Shown in pieces: positions 19,229-30,273 of a stretch of DNA of 64,000 bases. Where the stretch lies: assembly GCA_964413735.1 (NCBI GenBank), contig CAYPSS010000002.1:80261-144260 (forward strand), given 5' to 3'. Numbering within the stretch: the stretch's first letter is position 1; the number at the start of each line of letters is the position of its first letter. This stretch comes from an uncultured Gammaproteobacteria bacterium (GTDB taxonomy: Bacteria > Patescibacteriota > Patescibacteriia > UBA11705). The position numbers were made by a program, and so were the translations under genes. The notes under the pieces are model-generated. The model was not told where the DNA came from. It was given only the letters and a program-made list of their open reading frames with translations, and did not search any database.

Positions 19229-20533
19229 TTAAAATTCGTTTAATACTTCATCCAAGCTTTTATTTTGGTCATTTAATATCGCGATTGGTCGATTGATTTG
19301 ATTAATAATTTCCGTCAATGAAACAATTTTTGTTTCTGACTCATGACGATATTTAAATTCCACGCCATTTTGTTCAACGGTTTTATTACTAACCACCAAA
19401 CGAATAGGACAACCAATTAAATCACTATCAGAAAACTTTTCTCCGGCTCTAACATCTAAACGATCATCATATAAAACTTCAATATTATTTTCTTTTAATA
19501 ATTCATAAACCCTATCTGCCTGAACAGCATCTTCATTATTAGTAAACAAAGAAATTAAGTGCACACGAAAAGGCGCAATTTCTTCTGGCCAAATCATACC
19601 CTTATCATCATGATGCACCTCAACCACCGTCCCCATGACCCGACTAAGACCAATTCCATAACAACCCATAATAATAATTTTTTCTTTACCTTCCTCATCA
19701 GTTACAGTCAAATTAAGAGGTTTTGAATATGTTGTGTCCAAAGGAAAAATATTTCCCACTTCAATAGACTTGGCTGATTTTAACTTGGCGCCACACAAAG
19801 GACATTTATCACCAGCTTTAACTTTAGCAATTTCCTCATTTTGAGAAAATGAACATTCTGGACAATAAATAATTGTATCTTCACCTGTTTCACATAGAAC
19901 TTGAAATTCGTGAGTTAATTTTGTAGTAAAATCACCACCAGGCGCTTCGGTTATTCTGGCTTCCAAGCCGCAACGGTTATAAATTTTTGTATATGCTTGT
20001 TTTGAACGATTATAATAATTTTCAAAATCTTCTTCTGTTAAATGAAAACTATAAAGATCTTTCATAGAAAACTCACGTCCTCGCAACAAACCAGATTTAG
20101 CTCTCGGTTCATTCCGAAACTTATCTTGAATTTGATAAACAGCCAATGGTAAATCTTTATATGAGTTAACATATTTTGTTAAAATATCAGTTATCACTTC
20201 TTCATGAGTAGCCGCAATACCTATATCTGAATCACCACGACCCTTAAACTGAAACATTACTTCTGACAATTTTTCCCAACGACCAGTCTTGTCCCATAAT
20301 TCTTTTGGCTGCAAGGCAGGCATATAAACTTCCTGACCATCAATAGCATTTATTTCTTGGCGGATAATATTTTTTATTTTTTCCAAAACGCGAAAACCAA
20401 GCGGTAAATAACTGTAAACTCCAGCCATTAATTTATTAATAAAACCAGCTCTAATCAAAAGCTGGGCATTAATACTGGCCTCATCCTTAGGGGCTTGTTT
20501 TATTGTCTTGGTAAAAAGTTTTGATTGTCGCAT
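19229..20533 (-). CDS. proS: proline--tRNA ligase
   Basis: MRQSKLF, KFRNEPRAKSGLLRGREF, MGCYGIG. Confidence 0.96.
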   Translation of the reverse strand: MRQSKLFTKTIKQAPKDEASINAQLLIRAGFINKLMAGVYSYLPLGFRVLEKIKNIIRQEINAIDGQEVYMPALQPKELWDKTGRWEKLSEVMFQFKGRGDSDIGIAATHEEVITDILTKYVNSYKDLPLAVYQIQDKFRNEPRAKSGLLRGREFSMKDLYSFHLTEEDFENYYNRSKQAYTKIYNRCGLEARITEAPGGDFTTKLTHEFQVLCETGEDTIIYCPECSFSQNEEIAKVKAGDKCPLCGAKLKSAKSIEVGNIFPLDTTYSKPLNLTVTDEEGKEKIIIMGCYGIGLSRVMGTVVEVHHDDKGMIWPEEIAPFRVHLISLFTNNEDAVQADRVYELLKENNIEVLYDDRLDVRAGEKFSDSDLIGCPIRLVVSNKTVEQNGVEFKYRHESETKIVSLTEIINQINRPIAILNDQNKSLDEVLNEF

Positions 20534-20661
20534 AAATTAAAAACTTCTTGATTTAGATAATATTAATATTAACACAAAAATAAGATAATTTCAAATCCCA
20601 TTTTTTTACTAAAATATAATAAAAAACGGCGATTATTGCCTTAATTTTAATTTACTTTTTA

Positions 20662-21039
20662 TTACTTACGACGATATGACACGAAAAACAACTCTGTCAA
20701 AAAAGCCAAAATCACCAAAAAAATCGTATTCCACCAAAATAAAAACCGAAAACTTTGCATAATCAAAGCAATAATGATCATCATTGAAATAATCACCGCT
20801 TGTCTGGAAGATACATTCAACAATCGATGCCACAAATCGGTTTTTGAAAACGTAATGCGCAATAAAAATCCGAGCAACGAAAAAGTTCCAATCAAGGCAA
20901 ACAGCAAGCTAACATAAAAAAATAAAATCCCCGGTAACCCGGTATTGATCGGATTAATAAAAAACAATACGGACAGCCAAGCGCCCCAACACAAAAATGT
21001 GCATATGCCAATAACGATCAAATAAAATTTTAGTGACAT
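20662..21039 (-). CDS. 4-TM hypothetical membrane protein
   Basis: Hydrophobic 125-aa ORF in operon context. Confidence 0.75.
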   Translation of the reverse strand: MSLKFYLIVIGICTFLCWGAWLSVLFFINPINTGLPGILFFYVSLLFALIGTFSLLGFLLRITFSKTDLWHRLLNVSSRQAVIISMMIIIALIMQSFRFLFWWNTIFLVILAFLTELFFVSYRRK

Positions 21040-21062
21040 AGTTTAATCAATCTTCATTAACA

Positions 21063-21353
21063 TTATACCATGTATTGAATTTTAATAACAGTTTGCGGTC
21101 CGAATTTTTGATTCAAATCATTGATAAATTGTCGTTCATTCAAATGAATTTTATGCGCCATGGCCGAACTGCGACAAGCCACCGTTAAAATTTGATTTTT
21201 CAAATACTTAGCTTGGGCTTGATTACCAATCGCTTGGCCCCAATTACTTTTAATCAATTGATTAAAAAATTCCACAATCATGGCCGCTTGCACACTTTTC
21301 ATCATGGCGGAACGTCCCTTTTTATTACTGATCAAATCACCGATCTTATCCAT
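21063..21353 (-). CDS. DUF721/DciA-family protein
   Basis: KNQILTVACRSSAMAHKI..INDLN pattern. Confidence 0.75.
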   Translation of the reverse strand: MDKIGDLISNKKGRSAMMKSVQAAMIVEFFNQLIKSNWGQAIGNQAQAKYLKNQILTVACRSSAMAHKIHLNERQFINDLNQKFGPQTVIKIQYMV

Positions 21354-21362
21354 ATTAAGATG

Positions 21363-24332
21363 TTATATTTTACGAAACGGACAAATATCTCGAAATTCAC
21401 ATGTCGGACAAACAAATGGACCGGGAGTGGCGGTAAAATCGCCGTCCATAATCTTATTCATTCGATCCACCCATTTTGATTTCAAATTTTCAAGTTGTTT
21501 ATCCGTGCCCAAAAAACTAACCAATTTACCATTTGTTAAGTAATAATAAGTTAAGTTAATTGGTTTCAATTTCAATGATTTTTCTGTCGCCATTTGATAA
21601 AGCAACAATTGATCTTTATCATCAGACGACATTTTCTCATCTTTTGGTTTACCTGTTTTATAATCAATTATTTCCACACCACCTGACACATTATCAATTC
21701 GATCGATTCGACCGGTAATACGATAACCGTTCAATTCAAGCGAAAATGGCTGTTCCAAACATTTAACATCAGGATTTTGTTTTTGGAAATATTGGTAAAA
21801 AATTTTTAAAATTTTCTTTCCTTCTTCATAATACTTTTCTTTGATTTTCGGATCTTGATACCAATCATCACTCCAATTATTTTCATACATTTCATATAAT
21901 TGTGCCAATGAATTTTTGTTTTTTTTCTTAGAATCAGGTTGCAGTTCACCAAATAATTGAGCTTGTTCCAATTCTTTTTTTTCAAAAATAGACTCCACAA
22001 AATCTTTCAAAGTTTTATGGATCACATCACCAAAGGTAAAACTAGCCTTGCCAAAAGTTGGGATTTTCAGCACTCGCGCATAGTAAAACTGGCGTGGACA
22101 TCGAGCATACATATTAAGCGCGGAAAAACTAAATTTTTTCGGAATTGACAAAGTGATTTCTTCATTTGGTTGAACATTTTTAATTGCTTCGAAGTTCGCT
22201 TTTTTATTGTTATTCTTTTCTGCGGGAAAATACCCCATTTCAATTAAAAAGCGTGATATTTTTTTGGCTCGAGCTCCACCATAATCTGTGGCGGTAGTAA
22301 AAAACAAACCTTGTTTGGCGCGTGTCATCGCCACATAAAACAACCGTCGTTCTTCCTCTAGATGAAAATCTTCCTCAGTGGATAAATCTTCTCGCAACAA
22401 TGCCTCTGGAATAGTGATTGGATCATACCTTTCATCCGTAGGAAATTTACGATCCACCAAATTAACCATAAAAACATATTTGAATTCCAAGCCCTTGGAA
22501 CCGTGAACCGTCATCAATCGGACCATATCCGGTCCTTCATCTAATTCAAAACGTAAAGATCCGGTTTCACCGGCCTCCAATTCCATTTTCATCAAATTCA
22601 TGAATTCCGACAAACGCGCCATGGGATTGGCATTTTCAAAGCGCACGATTTTTTCCATTAACTGATTTAAATAACTAATTTGTGTCATCGTCTCTTTTTC
22701 AGCCAGTTGTGTTATATATTTCATATATCCGGACGAATACATAAAAGCAGTTAAAATTTCGCTAACTTTGTGATTTTTCACCATCAAGGAATCACTTTCA
22801 ATTTGCGCCAAAATTTTTCGTACTTGCACAATAGTTTCATCTTTTAATCCGGTAATGGAATTGATTTTTTGCATAGCCTCAAACAAGGATACTGTTTTCT
22901 TGCCAGCATAATGAACGATTCTTACAATATCAAAATGATCAATTTTCCAACATGGGAAATTCAAAACTTTGTACACCGCCGAACTTTCATGATAATCATC
23001 AAGTAGTTTGAAATAATTAAACACGTTCATAACCACTTCCTTGCTGTACAACCCACGCAAGGCCAAAAATTGATACGGAATTTCCGCGCGTTGCAAGGCT
23101 TGGGCAAACGGCTGGGCACTGTCATTGGCACGCACCAAAATCGCAAAATCGCTCCACTCCAAATGCAAATCATTTTGTTTTAATTGTAAAATTTTATTAA
23201 TCACTCCATTCACTTCATTTTCCGCCGTGTCAAATTGCAGATGTTCAACCGTTCCGGAGTAATTTGTTTGAGAAATTAATTTTTTATCGATTCTCAAAGT
23301 TGCTTCCAAACGATGAGGATTATTTTGCTTTATAAATTCATAGGCCTTGTCCAAAATCACCTGCGCGGAACGATAATTATTAATCAGAACAATTTCCTTG
23401 GAATCAGGAAAATCAAATTTGAATTGCATAATGTTTTCAATTGATGACCCGCGAAAACGATAAATACTTTGATCATCATCCCCCACCACCGTCAAATTAT
23501 TGGTTGGCAGAGATAACATTTTCACCAAAACATTTTGAACATAATTAGTATCTTGATATTCATCGACCAAAACATATTTGAATTTCTTTTGATAATATTT
23601 CAAAATTTGCGGTCGTTTTTCAAACAAATAAATCACATAATTGATCAAGTCGGCAAAATCAAGTGCGCTATTTTCCAAGAGTATTTGCTGATAAACTTCA
23701 AACGCTTTGGCCACCTCGCTTATTCGATTAATTTCCGTATTAATCAATTCTTGTTTTTCACTTTCATTAATGTCTGAATCAAAATCCATTTGCTTTATTA
23801 AATCATTTTTCTTTTTCGGATCATTCTTTAATTGTTTTGCATAACTTAAATAATCTGCCGGTTTGATTCCCTCATCTTTACAACGAGAAAAATGCTTTAA
23901 AAGCGCATGAATAAATTTGGTGGGGTTGCCCAGCGGCTGATAATAATCAAGAGCAAAACGATCCAAATTTTGACGAACCAAAAGCCAAGTTTCCGTTTCA
24001 TTTAACAGTTTATAATCCGGACTTAAACCAATATCCAGACAATGACGTTGCAATATTTTGTCACAAAATGAATGGAAAGTCATTATCCACAAGTCAACAT
24101 ATCCGTATGGCAATAATCGATCGACTCGTTCTTCCATTTCTTGGGCCGCTTTTTCCGTAAAAGTCAGAGCTAAAACCTCATCAGTCTTGGCTTTGTTTTC
24201 CATAATCAACCAAGCGATTCTCTCGGTAATCACTTTAGTTTTGCCGGTTCCGGCTCCGGCCACAATCAAAAGCGGGCCATCACCATGAGTAATCGCCTGC
24301 TTTTGCTCTTTGTTGCAATCCGAGATCGGCAT
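21363..24332 (-). CDS. UvrD/PcrA-type SF1 helicase fused to a PD-(D/E)XK nuclease with an Fe-S staple
   Basis: AGAGTGKT, VDEYQD, GDDDQSIYRFRG, EERRLFYVAMTRA; C-terminal CP..GRIDRID..IIDYKTG..CxxCxxxxxC. Confidence 0.93.
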   Translation of the reverse strand: MPISDCNKEQKQAITHGDGPLLIVAGAGTGKTKVITERIAWLIMENKAKTDEVLALTFTEKAAQEMEERVDRLLPYGYVDLWIMTFHSFCDKILQRHCLDIGLSPDYKLLNETETWLLVRQNLDRFALDYYQPLGNPTKFIHALLKHFSRCKDEGIKPADYLSYAKQLKNDPKKKNDLIKQMDFDSDINESEKQELINTEINRISEVAKAFEVYQQILLENSALDFADLINYVIYLFEKRPQILKYYQKKFKYVLVDEYQDTNYVQNVLVKMLSLPTNNLTVVGDDDQSIYRFRGSSIENIMQFKFDFPDSKEIVLINNYRSAQVILDKAYEFIKQNNPHRLEATLRIDKKLISQTNYSGTVEHLQFDTAENEVNGVINKILQLKQNDLHLEWSDFAILVRANDSAQPFAQALQRAEIPYQFLALRGLYSKEVVMNVFNYFKLLDDYHESSAVYKVLNFPCWKIDHFDIVRIVHYAGKKTVSLFEAMQKINSITGLKDETIVQVRKILAQIESDSLMVKNHKVSEILTAFMYSSGYMKYITQLAEKETMTQISYLNQLMEKIVRFENANPMARLSEFMNLMKMELEAGETGSLRFELDEGPDMVRLMTVHGSKGLEFKYVFMVNLVDRKFPTDERYDPITIPEALLREDLSTEEDFHLEEERRLFYVAMTRAKQGLFFTTATDYGGARAKKISRFLIEMGYFPAEKNNNKKANFEAIKNVQPNEEITLSIPKKFSFSALNMYARCPRQFYYARVLKIPTFGKASFTFGDVIHKTLKDFVESIFEKKELEQAQLFGELQPDSKKKNKNSLAQLYEMYENNWSDDWYQDPKIKEKYYEEGKKILKIFYQYFQKQNPDVKCLEQPFSLELNGYRITGRIDRIDNVSGGVEIIDYKTGKPKDEKMSSDDKDQLLLYQMATEKSLKLKPINLTYYYLTNGKLVSFLGTDKQLENLKSKWVDRMNKIMDGDFTATPGPFVCPTCEFRDICPFRKI

Positions 24333-24334
24333 AA

Positions 24335-24481
24335 TTATTTTAATAACTTTTCCAGTTGTTCATCAATTCTTCTTATTTTTTTTGCCAAATCAACACTCTC
24401 AATATGATCTGCAGCTCTTCTTTTTTTCTCTAAAACAACTTTCTCTTGCTCTGTTTTTAATCGTGATTCAAAAATTTTCAT
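24335..24481 (-). CDS. small 48-aa charged helical protein (not in ORF track)
   Basis: MKIFESRLKTEQEKVVLEKKRRAADHIESVDLAKKIRRIDEQLEKLLK exactly fills the gap between two genes. Confidence 0.6.
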   Translation of the reverse strand: MKIFESRLKTEQEKVVLEKKRRAADHIESVDLAKKIRRIDEQLEKLLK

Positions 24482-24490
24482 ATTTAAATT

Positions 24491-25249
24491 TTACATTAAT
24501 TTACTTTTCACTACCGCCACCGCTCTTTCAAACTCCTCTCGATTAGCGCATTTGACAAATTGACGACTACCGAAAACCGGTCCACTCTTGGCGCGTCCTT
24601 GATCATCTTTTTCATCTGACCATGAAAAATTCTCTAAACCAAGAGAGTCTTCAAAAGTTCCAATAAAATAAATCCCATAATTTTCCGCATATTGCGTTCT
24701 AAATGGGAAACCGGCAATATAAGCACCTTGCATACATCCATCTTGAGTACCAAAAGGCACGCCATCTTTAACTTCAAATGAATGGGTCATTTTTTCAAAT
24801 TCCAATAAGGCCTGTTTTAATCTTTCCTCGTTATTTGTAATCAGTTTTTTAAAATCATTAATCTGTTGCATAAAGCGTTGGGCATCAATTTCTCCTTCAT
24901 CACAAATTGAACAAGCAGAGAGCCACCATATAGTTTCCGAATCAGGATCAGCCTGAGAAATTTCCCGGCGAATTTGCATCACCGCCTCTTTGCTGTAATT
25001 GGCATGCAACTTAGCGGACAACTCTTGTTTGTCACGTGGAATTAAATCAAGAGAACAAGCAATCCCCGCATCAAAACCCGGAGCTTTATCAATTAAATTT
25101 TTCGGAATTCTTTCAACCAATGATTCAGGAGAAATGTAAACCGGCCACTGACCAAGAGTGGCGACACGAGTAGCATTTTTGGCTACAACTTCCTTTATTT
25201 CCTCAATTGAGGTGTTTTTTTCTTGTTTATTAAAATCTTCGAATGACAT
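24491..25249 (-). CDS. hypothetical protein
   Basis: 252-aa ORF, no family recognised. Confidence 0.75.
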   Translation of the reverse strand: MSFEDFNKQEKNTSIEEIKEVVAKNATRVATLGQWPVYISPESLVERIPKNLIDKAPGFDAGIACSLDLIPRDKQELSAKLHANYSKEAVMQIRREISQADPDSETIWWLSACSICDEGEIDAQRFMQQINDFKKLITNNEERLKQALLEFEKMTHSFEVKDGVPFGTQDGCMQGAYIAGFPFRTQYAENYGIYFIGTFEDSLGLENFSWSDEKDDQGRAKSGPVFGSRQFVKCANREEFERAVAVVKSKLM

Positions 25250-25271
25250 ATGATAAATTTTACTTTATTCT

Positions 25272-25345
25272 TGGAGCGGGGCACGGGAATCGGACCCGCG
25301 ATTTATGCTTGGGAAGCACACGTATTACCACTATACTAGCCCCGC
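25272..25345 (-). tRNA. tRNA-Gly (CCC)
   Basis: GCGGGGC acceptor stem, TGTGC-TTCCCAA-GCATA anticodon arm, encoded CCA end. Confidence 0.93.
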
Positions 25346-25411
25346 TCAATACCTTTTATTTTACCTGATTTTTATAAAAAAAACAAAGTGCTTATTTAAG
25401 CACTTTTCAAT

Positions 25412-25822
25412 TCAATCTACCGGCATCACATGCGGTTGATTTAAGGCATCAGGACGGATCAAATACAACATCACCTTTAACTTGGGGAATTTTCCTAAGA
25501 TTTTGCATCGGGCTTGAATCAGGTCATCATGATAAACTCGAACTTCATGCGCTCGATTTTCAAACGCCTGACTACCACCATAAGCGCCACAATCCATATG
25601 CGCAAATATATGTACTTCTTTTACTCCATGCAAATTAACGGCCAATTCAACATGATGCATAGCCAAAGATGAAGTTTCATCATCAACAAAATTCTTCTGC
25701 GTTCCGGCAATTGCCAGCAAATCATAGTTATGATTTAATCCTTGAGCATTCAGAAATTGACGAAGACAAGTTTGAAAACGAAAATCCATACATGCTACGA
25801 CCAATGCCGAACAACGATGCAT
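25412..25822 (-). CDS. beta-class-like carbonic anhydrase, paralog 1
   Basis: CMDFR and HxDCGAYGG zinc ligands; GGGGAGGGG SD. Confidence 0.8.
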   Translation of the reverse strand: MHRCSALVVACMDFRFQTCLRQFLNAQGLNHNYDLLAIAGTQKNFVDDETSSLAMHHVELAVNLHGVKEVHIFAHMDCGAYGGSQAFENRAHEVRVYHDDLIQARCKILGKFPKLKVMLYLIRPDALNQPHVMPVD

Positions 25823-25882
25823 TTCCCCTCCCCGAAAAAATCAAAGTGTCAACAGTTTATCATTGCCAATATATTTTGTCAA

Positions 25883-27886
25883 TCAATCTTTTTTGGCTTT
25901 ATTGACAGGCAAATCAAACCAAAATTCACTTCCCTGACCAATCTGTGATACGAAATCAAGCTGCCCTCCATGTAACTTTATAAAGTATTTGACAATAAAC
26001 AATCCCAATCCTGAGGCATCCGGCATCATCAACGAAGCATTTGATGCGCGGAAAAATCTAGTCCCAATATATTTTTGCTCATCAGGCGGGATTCCAATTC
26101 CCGTATCTTTGATTTTAAATACTATTTTATTGTTTTCCAATTTCAATTCCGTGATAATTTGACCTTTTTCCGGAGTGTAAATCAACGCATTGTGCAACAG
26201 TTTTTCAAAACACAATCGAATTTTGTCTTCATCAACCGATAACAACATCGGCAATTTAACGGGAGACTTTATGTCATCTAATTTAATTTTTTTATTTTCA
26301 ATTAAATCCTGTTGATTGACTTTCACCTCTTGCCAAATTTTTTCAAGTGAAACTTCCCCGGTTCTTAAATTGACCAATCGCCCTTGTTCAATATCCAAAG
26401 CTGTTAACAAATCACCGATTCGATTAATTACCTCCACATTAGCCACCAACGCATTTTGCAATGTCCCTTTTGAATTTACTTGTGATAATTTTTCCGGCTT
26501 ATCAAGTAAAGATTCCAAACTCCAGCGGATAGCATTCAGCGGTGTTCGTAATTGGTGCGAAACCACTTCAATAAATTTGGTTTTCAGAGCATCTAATTCT
26601 TTTTGTTGACGCTCCATTTTTTTTTGCTCGGAAATATTACGAATCACACAAACCACCACCGGACCGGTACTGTAATTAACAATGTTTCCCGCCAAACTGA
26701 TATCAATCAAACCATTGGCTTTACATTGCATTGTCAATTCTTGAGCAGACAGTTTTTCTTTCCTGGTGATTTTTGACATAATTTCCAGAAATTTCTTACG
26801 CTGATCAGATACAATAAAATCAATAAATGGCTGATTCATTAAACTTTTTTTCGTTCGACCACACAAATTCAACATTGCTTTATTAGCAAATTTCACTTTC
26901 AAATCTTTTAAGATCAACACGCCATCCTGCGCTTCATCCACCACCGCTTTATATTTTTCTTCACCGTTTCTAATTTGTTTAACTCGCTCGGCCACTTGTT
27001 TTTTCAATATTTGATTATAACCACGAATCAATATAATAACAATAGAAAATAATATCAAAATAATACCGAGAGTGATTAGTAAATATTTTAACCACAAAGG
27101 TATAATTTCAATTTTTTCCAAATCTTTACCAAAATATGATTGAATTAAACCATAATATATACTACTGCGATTATTTTTCAATTGCTTCAAATGTTTATCC
27201 AATCCTTCTAATATTGGAAATTTAGTTGATTTTGATTGAGCAAATTTCAATTCTGAAGGATTAAACATAATATTGGTGCGATCCACCTTGTACAAATCCT
27301 CATTGGCCAAACCGAAATACCAACTTACCACTCCAACATCAGCTTGCTCATCGTTTAATAATTGAAATACTTGATCATATTGATTAACTCTAATAATTTC
27401 CGCCGTTAGTCCGAAAGAAGCTAACATGTTTTCCAGTCCGAGTGGCGCGGAATAATGAATACTGGCATCCAAAATAGCGATCTTTTTATCTTGTAAATCA
27501 GAAAAAGATTCCAGCGTCAGACCTTGACGAGTATACATAACCCCCCAACTGATTAAAACCGTTTCTTGATTAAAATCATACTTTTCTTGTCGCTCTTCGG
27601 AAAAAGCCACATCAACCATCAGATCAATATCACCGTTTTCCAATTTTTTCAAATTATTATCCCAAGTATCATAAACAAATTCAATATTCCATTTTTCTTG
27701 CTTGGCAATGTAAGAAATTAAATCCGCCCAAAAGCCCTTGATCTCAAAATTTTGATCCCGATAAATCTTCGGGAAATTATCATAAACCCCCACCCTGATA
27801 ATCGATTGATTATTTTCTTGCGCCATTGTTTTTCCAATACCCAGAAACATGACACCGATTATCAACAAAATAAAAAATTTTTTCAT
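25883..27886 (-). CDS. membrane sensor histidine kinase (extracellular solute-binding, PAS, HisKA, HATPase)
   Basis: SHQLRTPL H-box, NA, DTGIGIP, F.RFFR, GLGL boxes. Confidence 0.92.
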   Translation of the reverse strand: MKKFFILLIIGVMFLGIGKTMAQENNQSIIRVGVYDNFPKIYRDQNFEIKGFWADLISYIAKQEKWNIEFVYDTWDNNLKKLENGDIDLMVDVAFSEERQEKYDFNQETVLISWGVMYTRQGLTLESFSDLQDKKIAILDASIHYSAPLGLENMLASFGLTAEIIRVNQYDQVFQLLNDEQADVGVVSWYFGLANEDLYKVDRTNIMFNPSELKFAQSKSTKFPILEGLDKHLKQLKNNRSSIYYGLIQSYFGKDLEKIEIIPLWLKYLLITLGIILILFSIVIILIRGYNQILKKQVAERVKQIRNGEEKYKAVVDEAQDGVLILKDLKVKFANKAMLNLCGRTKKSLMNQPFIDFIVSDQRKKFLEIMSKITRKEKLSAQELTMQCKANGLIDISLAGNIVNYSTGPVVVCVIRNISEQKKMERQQKELDALKTKFIEVVSHQLRTPLNAIRWSLESLLDKPEKLSQVNSKGTLQNALVANVEVINRIGDLLTALDIEQGRLVNLRTGEVSLEKIWQEVKVNQQDLIENKKIKLDDIKSPVKLPMLLSVDEDKIRLCFEKLLHNALIYTPEKGQIITELKLENNKIVFKIKDTGIGIPPDEQKYIGTRFFRASNASLMMPDASGLGLFIVKYFIKLHGGQLDFVSQIGQGSEFWFDLPVNKAKKD

Positions 27887-27988
27887 ATATTTTATTTACC
27901 TTTTTATTATACACCCTGATTAAAAAACAAGCACGAACATATTTTCTCCAAATAAAAAATCGACTTTGATGCCGATTTTTTTTATTAT

Positions 27989-28399
27989 CTATGATTGTTT
28001 TTCAAATTCAATTTTTTCTTCATTAATCAACGCAATGTAACGATGCACTGTTAATTTAGGGAAACTACTCAAAATTTTCGCCGCCGCTGATTGTAAATCA
28101 CTTTGATATTTATTTTTTTCTTCTTCACCACCGCCCAAGATTTGATTACCACCATAAGCGCCACAATCCCAATGAGCGATTAAATACACCTCCGACATAC
28201 CATGAAGTTTTTGTGACAATTCCACTTGTTTGAGAGCGGTTGCTTGAGTTTCTTCATCTAAAAAGGTTTTTTGTGTTCCGGCGATGGAAAAAAGATCATA
28301 ATTATTTTCCAATCCCTGCTCCAATAAAAAATTCCTTACTGCGGTTTGAAAACGAAAATCCATACAACAAACCACCAAAGCCTGACAATTATGTGACAT
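27989..28399 (-). CDS. beta-class-like carbonic anhydrase, paralog 2
   Basis: CMDFR and HWDCGAYGG; 12 bp downstream of atpC. Confidence 0.8.
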   Translation of the reverse strand: MSHNCQALVVCCMDFRFQTAVRNFLLEQGLENNYDLFSIAGTQKTFLDEETQATALKQVELSQKLHGMSEVYLIAHWDCGAYGGNQILGGGEEEKNKYQSDLQSAAAKILSSFPKLTVHRYIALINEEKIEFEKQS

Positions 28400-28411
28400 A
28401 TTTTATAAAAA

Positions 28412-28864
28412 TTATTTTTGATGTTCTTCGCGCGACAATCCTTTTTGACCCAAACGCATTCGATGTTTACCAGCGACCCGAATACGCGCCAATTCCTTTT
28501 CAATCGCCGCTGATAAACCGGCAAACTCTTTGGCATCATAACGTTTGGTTTTCAAAGCTTCCTCCGCTCGTTGACGCGCCGCTTCCGCTTTGGCCAAATC
28601 CAATTCTTCCGCTCGTTCCGCCGTATCTGCCAAAACCACCACCTTATCAGCCAGAACTTCAATAAAACCGCCCGAAACCGCCAATAAGGTTTCCTCATTG
28701 TTTTTTTTCACTTTTATTTCTCCGGGTTGCAAAACCGCAATCAAAGGAATATGGTTGGGCAAAACAGTGATTTCTCCTTGCATAGTTGGCAAAGTGATTT
28801 GATCCACTTCATCCTTGTAAACCACGCGTTCCGGGGTAGCGATTTTGAAATTTATTTTCACCAT
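28412..28864 (-). CDS. atpC: ATP synthase F1 epsilon
   Basis: TPER, GEITVLPNHIP, VSGGF. Confidence 0.95.
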   Translation of the reverse strand: MVKINFKIATPERVVYKDEVDQITLPTMQGEITVLPNHIPLIAVLQPGEIKVKKNNEETLLAVSGGFIEVLADKVVVLADTAERAEELDLAKAEAARQRAEEALKTKRYDAKEFAGLSAAIEKELARIRVAGKHRMRLGQKGLSREEHQK

Positions 28865-28870
28865 ATTGAA

Positions 28871-30265
<1,395 letters not shown>

Positions 30266-30273
30266 TTATTAAT

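Noticed and set aside
24335-24481. N-terminal extension or frameshift of the helicase
   Set aside because: The small ORF ends in TAA and is out of frame with the helicase ATG, which begins a complete domain.
25272-27886. tRNA-anchored genomic island or prophage
   Set aside because: No integrase and no duplicated tRNA 3' end seen in the window.
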